64,000 nt of DNA. It comes from an uncultured Clostridia bacterium (GTDB lineage: Bacteria > Bacillota > Clostridia > Oscillospirales > CAG-272). Each line of letters begins with the position of its first letter. Position 1 is the first letter of the stretch. This document shows positions 57,645 through 64,000 of this stretch, in pieces. The notes beneath the pieces were generated by a model, which searched no databases, was not told the origin of the DNA, and worked only from the letters and a program-made list of their open reading frames with translations. Location: the NCBI GenBank assembly GCA_948466345.1, contig CAOKAC010000001.1:194283-258282 (forward strand), written 5' to 3'. The translations under genes were made by a program, and so were the position numbers.

Positions 57645-57909
57645 ACAAAAAAATCCTGTCCTAAAAGGACAGGATAAAACCTGCAGTGCCACCTTTTTAC
57701 ATGTAAAATACATGCCGCTTTTCAGAGTGCCAACACACCCCTGCCTTTAACGCAGGCATACGGTCCGGGTACTTAGCAAGCTGCCTTTCTCCATTCCCTC
57801 AGCGATCCATTTGCCGGGCGACCTGCCGCAGGGCTTTCACCCTCCCCTGCTCTCTGTAGACGTCCACGTCGGTTTGATCTTCGCTTCATCGGTTTATTTG
57901 CTTTTATTT
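57645..57909 (-). promoter_or_regulatory. T-box riboswitch leader, tryptophan (UGG) specifier
   Basis: Minus-strand reading. Stem I: GAUGA K-turn element, AGAGA box and GGGUGAAAG distal loop. Specifier AAAUGGA (UGG 57809-57807) closed by AGCGA/UCGCU. F-box GCGUUA (57753-57748). Stem III CAUGUA-UUU-UACAUG. Antiterminator: A1 AAAAGG/CCUUUU, 7-nt bulge UGGCACU (57691-57685), A2 GCAGG/CCUGU. Competing terminator AUCCUGUCC-UUUUA-GGACAGGAU + U7 (57675-57647). Confidence 0.88.
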
Positions 57910-57915
57910 GTTAGC

Positions 57916-57944
57916 ATTATACTCTGTCATAGTGATGTTGTCAA
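57916..57944 (-). promoter_or_regulatory. Consensus sigma-A promoter driving the T-box leader
   Basis: Minus strand TTGACA-17 nt-TATAAT (both hexamers perfect). Confidence 0.75.
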
Positions 57945-58032
57945 GGGGAAAAACAAATTTTTTGCGTCTTGTTTTGAATTATTTGAGACACAATGTATGC
58001 CATAGCCCTCCCTCTATCGAAATTAAAGATGC

Positions 58033-58062
58033 AAAAAGGCTGCGTTTCCGCAGCCTTTTTTG
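58033..58062. terminator. Hairpin terminator after nifJ
   Basis: AAGGCTGCG-TTTC-CGCAGCCTT flanked by A- and T-runs, 5 nt after the nifJ stop. Confidence 0.8.
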
Positions 58063-58066
58063 TTTA

Positions 58067-61000
58067 TTATTCGTAAAGCTTGCCCATTCTGACAAGACGC
58101 TGGTATTTCTCTGCTGCTGCAGCCTCTGCCTGGGTAAAGAGCCGTTCTGCTCTTTCCGGGAAGGACTGCGCAAGGCGCGCGTACCGTGCCTCGTTCTGGA
58201 TAAACTCTTTATAGTTGCCGGTAGGCTCCTTGGAATCGATGACCAGCTTGCCGGATTCCAGAGTAGGATTGTACCGGAACATGTGCCAGTAGCCTGCTTC
58301 CACTGCCTTTTTCATTTCCAGCTGGCAGTTCTGCATGCCGCCCTTCTTGATACCATGCATTTCGCAGGGAGAATATCCGATAATCAAGGAAGGACCGTGA
58401 TAAGCTTCTGCTTCGCGAATTGCCTTCAGGGTTTGGTTCATATCTGCACCCATAGCAATCTGTGCTACGTATACATAACCATAGGACATAGCGATTTCTG
58501 CAAGGTTCTTTTTGCCAATTGCCTTACCTGCTGCCGCAAACTGTGCAACCTGACCTACATTGGAAGCTTTAGAAGCCTGTCCGCCTGTGTTGGAATATAC
58601 CTCGGTATCAAATACCATGATATTTACATCTTCGCCGGTAGCCAAAACGTGGTCCAAACCACCGAATCCGATATCGTATGCCCATCCGTCTCCACCAAAT
58701 ATCCATACGGACTTCTTGGACAGATAGTCTTTATCGTTGAGAATCTTTGCACGCAGGTCTGCGCAAGCATCACACTTGCAGTTTTCCAGCATTGCAACCA
58801 GCGCTTCTGTTGCTGCAGCGTTTGCATCACCATCCTCCAGCGTGTCCAGATATGCGGTAATTACTGCTTTCTTGTCTGCGTCTGTAACAATTGCGTCCAG
58901 TTCTTTCACGTAACCGATAAGACGCTCACGAATCGCTTTCTGACCCAGGTAAATACCCAAACCGTGCTCTGCGTTGTCCTCAAACAGAGAGTTTGCCCAT
59001 GCGGGTCCCTTACCGCTTTCATGATTTACAGTATAAGGCGTTGCAGGTGCGCTGCCGCCCCAAATAGAAGAACATCCAGTTGCATTGGATACGATCATTC
59101 TCTCACCAAACAGCTGTGTAATCAGACGTGCATATGTGGGTTCTGCACAGCCTGCACATGCGCCGGAGAACTCAAGCAGCGGCTGCTGGAACTGGCTGCC
59201 CTTGATAGTGCTCTGTGCAAAAGGCAGATCCTTTTTGGACACGTTCTTCACAGCATAATCGAATACTTCCTGCTGATCCAGCTGGGTATCCTGCAGCACC
59301 ATTTCCAGCGCTCTCTTTTCCGGCTTGGTAGGACAGGTCTTCACGCAAAGGGTACATCCCATACAATCCAGCGGGCTGATAGCAATAGTAAATTTGAGGT
59401 CTTCGCAGCCCTTACCGGTCATTTTTGCGGTAAACCGGGTTTGTGCAGGAGCCGCAGCAGCCTCTTGGGCATTCATAGCAAAGGGACGGATTGTAGCGTG
59501 AGGGCATACAAAACTACACTGGTTACACTGGATACAATTTTCCTCATGCCAAACAGGAACCATAACGGCAACGCCACGCTTTTCATAAGCAGCGGATCCT
59601 TGCGGGAACGTACCGTCTGCGCTCTGGGCAAAAGCAGATACAGGCAGCGAGTCACCGTCCATTTTGCCTACCGGCTTAACTACTTCATTGACAAATTTCA
59701 CAAGCTCCGGACGGTCTCCGGTAGCAGGAGCCTCGGCGGGCGTTTCGCCTGCATTCTTCCAAGCTGCAGGCACATCTACTTTCACCAGTGCGCCGGCGCC
59801 CATATCGATAGCCTTGTGATTCTGGTCAACAACGTCCTGACCAAATTTGGAGTAGGACTTCGTTGCCATATACTTCATGTATTCAACAGCCTCTTCCAGG
59901 GGCATAATCTTTGCCAACGCAAAGAACGCAGCCTGCAGAATGGTGTTCTTTACTTTTGCATTGCCAACATCATTTTTGGCAATGGAAGTTGCATTGATGA
60001 TATAGAACTGAATATCATTGTTTGCAAGATAGGACTTCACAGATGCAGGCAGGTGTGCATCCAGCTCATCGGCAGACCACAGGCAGTCCAGAAGGAAGGT
60101 TCCGCCGGGTTTTACGTCGTTTACAATTTTAAAGCCCTTCAAAATGTAGGAGGGGTTGTGACATGCAACAAAGTCCGCCTGCGTAATGTAGTAGGGACTC
60201 TTGATAGGCGCATCGCCGAAGCGCAGGTGGGAAATGGTCACGCCGCCCGTCTTCTTGGAGTCATACTGGAAGTATGCCTGAATATATTTATCGGTATGGT
60301 CACCGATGATTTTGATAGAGTTCTTGTTCGCACCTACGGTACCGTCGCCGCCAAGGCCCCAGAATTTGCAGGAAATCGTTCCCTTTGCAGAGGTGTCGGG
60401 AGCAGCCTTCTCATCCAGAGACAGGCCGGTTACGTCGTCTACGATGCCGATGGTAAAGTTGTTCTTAGGTGCATCGCAGGACAGGTTTTCATATACGGCA
60501 AAAATAGATGCAGGGGTCGTATCCTTAGAACCAAGACCGTAACGGCCGCCTACAATGGTTTTATCAGAAACGCCCTTGGAGGCCAGCGCGGTTACAACAT
60601 CCAGATACAGAGGCTCACCCAGTGCGCCAGGCTCTTTCGTTCTGTCCAGAACTGCGATTTTCTTTGCTGTCTGCGGAATAGCGGCAAGCAGCTTGTCCGC
60701 TACGAAGGGTCTGTACAAACGTACCTTTACCAGACCTACCTTTTCACCGGCAGCGGTGAGGTAATCGATTACTTCTTCTGCTACGTCGCAAACAGAACCC
60801 ATAGCGATGATCACGCGGTCTGCGTCCGGTGCGCCGTAATAGTTGAATGCCTGATAGTCAGTGCCCAGCTTTTTGTTGACTTTGTCAAAGTATTTATCTA
60901 CGATTGCAGGCAGTTCGTCATAGTAACGGTTGCATGCCTCGCGATGCTGGAAAAAGATATCGCCGTTTTCAGCGGAACCGCGCAGAACGGGATGCTCCGG

Positions 61001-61648
61001 ATTCAGCGCACGACTGCGGAACGCATTGATGGCGTCCATATCCACCATTTCTTTCAGGTCTTCATAATCCCATGCTTCAATCTTCTGAATCTCATGAGAA
61101 GTACGGAACCCGTCGAAGAAGTTCAGGAAAGGAACACGGCCTTCAATGGTTGCCAAATGGGCAACAGCACCAAGGTCCATAACTTCCTGGGGATTGGTTT
61201 CTGCCAGCATTGCATAACCGGTCTGCCGACATGCGTAAACATCGGAGTGATCGCCGAAAATGTTCAGCGCGTGAGAAGCTACACAGCGCGCAGAAACATG
61301 GATAACGCTGGGCAGCAGCTCTCCTGCAATTTTATACATATTGGGGATCATCAGCAGCAGTCCCTGGGAAGCCGTATAGGTTGTGGTCAGTGCGCCTGCT
61401 GCCAGAGAACCGTGTACAGCGCCTGCAGCGCCTGCCTCGGACTGCATTTCCATAACCTGAACCCGGTCCCCGAAAATATTGCGCGCGTTTTCTCCGAAAA
61501 TATTTTTGTCTGTCGCAGACCAAGTGTCTGTGATTTCCGCCATCGGAGAGGACGGCGTAATGGGATAGATTGCAGCAACTTCCGTGAACGCATAAGAAAC
61601 ATGCGCCGCAGCGGTGTTGCCGTCCATGGATACTTTTCTTCTTGCCAT
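58067..61648 (-). CDS. nifJ: Pyruvate:ferredoxin (flavodoxin) oxidoreductase
   Basis: ORF trimmed to ATG 61648 (MARRKVSMDGNTAAAHVSYAFTEVAAIYPITPSSPMAE; GGAGG upstream). Two ferredoxin motifs CIQCNQCSFVCPH and CMGCTLCVKTCP; TPP motif GGDGWAYDIG. Confidence 0.97.
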   Translation of the reverse strand: MARRKVSMDGNTAAAHVSYAFTEVAAIYPITPSSPMAEITDTWSATDKNIFGENARNIFGDRVQVMEMQSEAGAAGAVHGSLAAGALTTTYTASQGLLLMIPNMYKIAGELLPSVIHVSARCVASHALNIFGDHSDVYACRQTGYAMLAETNPQEVMDLGAVAHLATIEGRVPFLNFFDGFRTSHEIQKIEAWDYEDLKEMVDMDAINAFRSRALNPEHPVLRGSAENGDIFFQHREACNRYYDELPAIVDKYFDKVNKKLGTDYQAFNYYGAPDADRVIIAMGSVCDVAEEVIDYLTAAGEKVGLVKVRLYRPFVADKLLAAIPQTAKKIAVLDRTKEPGALGEPLYLDVVTALASKGVSDKTIVGGRYGLGSKDTTPASIFAVYENLSCDAPKNNFTIGIVDDVTGLSLDEKAAPDTSAKGTISCKFWGLGGDGTVGANKNSIKIIGDHTDKYIQAYFQYDSKKTGGVTISHLRFGDAPIKSPYYITQADFVACHNPSYILKGFKIVNDVKPGGTFLLDCLWSADELDAHLPASVKSYLANNDIQFYIINATSIAKNDVGNAKVKNTILQAAFFALAKIMPLEEAVEYMKYMATKSYSKFGQDVVDQNHKAIDMGAGALVKVDVPAAWKNAGETPAEAPATGDRPELVKFVNEVVKPVGKMDGDSLPVSAFAQSADGTFPQGSAAYEKRGVAVMVPVWHEENCIQCNQCSFVCPHATIRPFAMNAQEAAAAPAQTRFTAKMTGKGCEDLKFTIAISPLDCMGCTLCVKTCPTKPEKRALEMVLQDTQLDQQEVFDYAVKNVSKKDLPFAQSTIKGSQFQQPLLEFSGACAGCAEPTYARLITQLFGERMIVSNATGCSSIWGGSAPATPYTVNHESGKGPAWANSLFEDNAEHGLGIYLGQKAIRERLIGYVKELDAIVTDADKKAVITAYLDTLEDGDANAAATEALVAMLENCKCDACADLRAKILNDKDYLSKKSVWIFGGDGWAYDIGFGGLDHVLATGEDVNIMVFDTEVYSNTGGQASKASNVGQVAQFAAAGKAIGKKNLAEIAMSYGYVYVAQIAMGADMNQTLKAIREAEAYHGPSLIIGYSPCEMHGIKKGGMQNCQLEMKKAVEAGYWHMFRYNPTLESGKLVIDSKEPTGNYKEFIQNEARYARLAQSFPERAERLFTQAEAAAAEKYQRLVRMGKLYE

Positions 61649-61686
61649 GTAGGGTTCCTCCGTATATATAGTTAATATTGAAAACA

Positions 61687-61714
61687 AACCTTTGAGCGTA
61701 GTCGCTCAAAGGTT
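61687..61714. promoter_or_regulatory. 12-bp perfect inverted repeat abutting the nifJ -10 (candidate operator or 5' stem-loop)
   Basis: AACCTTTGAGCG-TAGT-CGCTCAAAGGTT, immediately downstream (minus sense) of the TATAAT at 61715-61720. Confidence 0.45.
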
Positions 61715-61743
61715 ATTATACATCCTTTCCACTGCTTTGTAAA
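61715..61743 (-). promoter_or_regulatory. Sigma-A promoter for nifJ
   Basis: Minus strand TTTACA-17 nt-TATAAT. Confidence 0.6.
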
Positions 61744-61795
61744 TAAGGAATTTATGAATAATTGTAAAAAAGATGAAGATTTTTTTGACACTTTT

Positions 61796-62806
61796 TTACG
61801 AACAATCCACTGCGGCGGTGATGTCTTCCAAAAGAATCTGCATTAGATCCTCCCGGCTGACCGCCTCTTTTCCGGCAAGGCGGTTTGCTTGACAGGAAAG
61901 AATCCGTTCAAACACATTGCGCACGCCCCGTGCATTGCCGAAGGTACGCCGCCCCGCTGCGGTCATATTCTCAAAATAGGACAACAGCATCGCTCTGGCA
62001 TCCTCCTGCAGCTCGTAACAATTTTTTTGACAATTTCCAAGAAAAATCTGTAGCATTTCTTCAGGTGTGTAATCCGTAAATTCCAGATACCGATTAAATC
62101 GGGAACGCAGACCGGGATTGGACTCGACAAAATCCTGCATCAGTTCCGTATATCCCGCCACAATTACAATCAAATCGTCTCGGTTATCCTCCATAGCTTT
62201 TAGAATGGTATCCACCGCTTCCTGTCCAAAATCGTTTTCCCCTCCGCTGGCGGTGAGGGTGTACGCCTCGTCCACAAACAGCACGCCGCCTGCCGCCTGT
62301 TCCAAAACTTTGGCAGTTTTAATGGCCGTCTGCCCCACGTATCCGGCTACAAGACCGCTTCGATCCACCTCTACCAAGTGCCCCTTAGATAAAATTCCCA
62401 GAGAATGATATACCCGGGCCATCAGGCGGGCAATCATGGTTTTGCCCGTACCGGGATTGCCGGAAAATACCATATGGAGAGACAGCTCCGCTGCGGGCAG
62501 ATTGTTTTCACGACGTTTTTGATATATCTGTGCAATATTGATCAAACTGCGTACTTCCCGCTTTACGTTTTCCAGCCCAATATAGCCCTCCAGCTCTTTT
62601 AACAGCTCCTCTATGCCCTCCCGTGCGGGGACATCTTCTTTGCGTGCCTCTTCCTGTGCAGGATCAGGCGCTGCCGTCTTTGTCGGCTGCTGCGGTGCAG
62701 CAGTACCATCGCCCCACAAATCCGCTCCTACCCGACGCAAATTTTGTTCCGTCATAGAGCGAATCAGTTCCATCTGCCTGGCAATGATTTCATCTTTTTT
62801 ATCCAT
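61796..62806 (-). CDS. spoVK: AAA+ ATPase, SpoVK/CbbX-like
   Basis: 336 aa; Walker A GNPGTGKT, Walker B VLFVDEAY; LENVKREV..L lead-in typical of SpoVK-type AAA proteins. Confidence 0.7.
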   Translation of the reverse strand: MDKKDEIIARQMELIRSMTEQNLRRVGADLWGDGTAAPQQPTKTAAPDPAQEEARKEDVPAREGIEELLKELEGYIGLENVKREVRSLINIAQIYQKRRENNLPAAELSLHMVFSGNPGTGKTMIARLMARVYHSLGILSKGHLVEVDRSGLVAGYVGQTAIKTAKVLEQAAGGVLFVDEAYTLTASGGENDFGQEAVDTILKAMEDNRDDLIVIVAGYTELMQDFVESNPGLRSRFNRYLEFTDYTPEEMLQIFLGNCQKNCYELQEDARAMLLSYFENMTAAGRRTFGNARGVRNVFERILSCQANRLAGKEAVSREDLMQILLEDITAAVDCS

Positions 62807-62983
62807 AAGCTGTATCCTTTTTTCGTTTAACGCTGTCGCTATAATATAAATAAGGAGTCTACCCCGCAGCTAGCCATTTTAGCGACAGTATTTTGTTGTA
62901 TTGTACCACATGTACCGCTTCTTTTCCATATATTTTTTCTATTTTCCCGGTGCTAAACGGATAAAAATTTGGCAGCTTTGTGC

Positions 62984-63012
62984 TTGCCTTTTTATAAACA
63001 TAGTAGTATAAT
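62984..63012 (+). promoter_or_regulatory. Candidate sigma-A promoter upstream of nifS, bracketed by a 9-bp inverted repeat
   Basis: TTGCCT-17 nt-TATAAT; the inverted repeat TTTATAAAC (62991-62999) / GTTTATAAA (63015-63023) flanks the -10. A second candidate, TTGACA-18-TATACT, lies at 63053-63082. Confidence 0.4.
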
Positions 63013-63143
63013 AGGTTTATAAAAAGTGTGTAAAAATTTTCATGATATACAATTGACAGTATATAATAAGAGGTGGTATACTATTTTATTGTATGAAAGA
63101 TTGAAACGCGGTTTTTCCGCCTGCATAATAAAGGAGATATAAA

Positions 63144-64000
63144 ATGAAAGTTTATGCCGACAATGCTGCGACGACAACAATCTCCCAGCACGCACTGGCA
63201 GAAATGATTCAATACTACGGCGGGGAGTATGAAAATGCCTCCAGTCTGCACACGCAAGGACAAGCTGCCGCCGATGCCCTGGAGGATGCAAGAGCACGTA
63301 TTGCCGCGTGTCTGCATTGTGATGCCAGGGGGATTTATTTTACTTCCGGCGGCAGTGAATCAGACAACCAGGCGCTGATCGCCGCAGCTCATCTGGGAGC
63401 AAAAAAAGGCAAGCGGCATCTGATTTCTACAAAAATTGAACATCACGCAGTATTGCACACCTTGGATCGGCTGACCAAAGAAGGCTTTGAGGTAACTCTA
63501 CTGGATGTATCCCGGGATGGAATGGTTACGCCTGAACAGGTAGAAGCCGCAATCCGGGAGGATACGGCGCTGGTAAGTGTCATGTTTGCAAACAACGAAA
63601 TCGGCACTATCCAGCCGATAAAAGAGATTGGTCAGATTTGCAGGGAACATAAGGTGCTTTTCCACACAGATGCGGTTCAAGCTGCCGGTCATGTGAACAT
63701 TGACGTTGATGATATGTGTATCGACATGCTGTCCGCCTCCGCACACAAATTCCATGGTCCCAAGGGAACAGGACTTTTATATTGCAAGCGGGGCATTTAT
63801 CTGGAGCCTCTGATCTGCGGCGGCGCGCAGGAACGGGGCAAACGTGCCGGCACAGAAAATCTGCCTGCCATTATGGGTATGGCGGCAGCCCTGGAAGATG
63901 CATGTGCCAATATGGAAGCTTACACAAAACGGGTATCCGGCCTGCGGGATAAAATTATCCTTTCTTTATCTACAGTTCCCCGCGCCTTTTTAAATGGAGA
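63144..64000 (+). CDS. nifS: Cysteine desulfurase, N-terminal about 285 codons (runs off the right edge)
   Basis: Absent from ORF track (no stop in window). Own translation from ATG 63144 (AAGGAG upstream): MKVYADNAATT...FTSGGSESDN...HHAVL...FHTDAVQAAGH...SAHKFHGPKGTG (PLP-lysine motif). Confidence 0.9.
   Translation, partial: MKVYADNAATTTISQHALAEMIQYYGGEYENASSLHTQGQAAADALEDARARIAACLHCDARGIYFTSGGSESDNQALIAAAHLGAKKGKRHLISTKIEHHAVLHTLDRLTKEGFEVTLLDVSRDGMVTPEQVEAAIREDTALVSVMFANNEIGTIQPIKEIGQICREHKVLFHTDAVQAAGHVNIDVDDMCIDMLSASAHKFHGPKGTGLLYCKRGIYLEPLICGGAQERGKRAGTENLPAIMGMAAALEDACANMEAYTKRVSGLRDKIILSLSTVPRAFLNG

Noticed and set aside
57640-57680. T-box terminator hairpin acting as an efficient bidirectional terminator for the Dabb gene
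   Set aside because: On the plus strand the hairpin is followed by ATAAAACC rather than a U-run, so intrinsic termination of Dabb transcripts there is doubtful. It is noted only as a possibility.
57650-57900. Structured non-coding region first considered as SRP RNA or a cobalamin riboswitch (GGUGAAAG..GCC-like strings)
   Set aside because: It has no GGAAGCAGC-type SRP domain IV motif and no B12 box. On the minus strand every T-box element, including the antiterminator/terminator switch, can be drawn explicitly, so it is called a T-box.
57908-61675. 1255-aa plus-strand ORF, the longest in the track
   Set aside because: It lies exactly antisense to and in codon phase with nifJ, whose protein has unmistakable PFOR motifs. 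Its own translation is low-complexity (Cys/Leu/Arg-rich) with no recognisable domain, RBS or promoter. It also runs through the nifJ terminator and the T-box promoter. It is a codon-bias artefact.

Overview
All calls are by-eye readings of the sequence and the supplied ORF track; no searches were run. The window is a gene-dense chromosomal segment (about 50% GC by eye) from a spore-forming Firmicute, class Clostridia. The taxon is suggested by spoIIE, spmAB, a spoVK-like gene, abrB, a CIRCE-controlled groESL and two dockerin-bearing exoproteins, perhaps Oscillospiraceae/Ruminococcaceae-like (a guess). I support about 48 protein-coding genes.

Gene content:
- Housekeeping: partial glgB (left edge), gdhA, alaS, a DAHP synthase, groES/groEL, trpS, purB, a cysK-like gene, nifJ (PFOR), and partial nifS (right edge).
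- Sporulation: spoIIE, spmA/spmB, spoVK-like, abrB.
- Accessory surface or carbohydrate genes.

I saw no rRNA, tRNA, CRISPR array, transposase, integrase or prophage genes.

Three accessory items stand out:
1. A 12.3 kb seven-gene minus-strand operon (21662-33940). It encodes a 1053-aa solute-binding protein carrying two CBM-like modules, two complete ABC permease pairs, a secreted NHL-propeller/TPR/Yip1 membrane protein and a 987-aa DUF5696-type exoprotein. It has no ATPase, regulator or recognisable glycoside hydrolase. This is my best candidate for an undescribed system.
2. A canonical tryptophan T-box leader (57645-57909, minus strand) with its own consensus promoter. An oppositely oriented Dabb-family gene separates it from its likely target, a trpXYZ-like ABC importer.
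3. Surface-protein oddities: a BspA-type LRR + transglutaminase-core + dockerin chimera, an SGNH esterase with an internal dockerin, a membrane-tethered XRE regulator overlapping an anchored LRR protein, and tandem leaderless BNR/sialidase-like paralogs behind a cysK-like gene.

Several very long ORFs in the track are in-phase antisense artefacts of highly expressed genes and are rejected. Several track starts use alternative codons upstream of better ATG+RBS starts and are trimmed.
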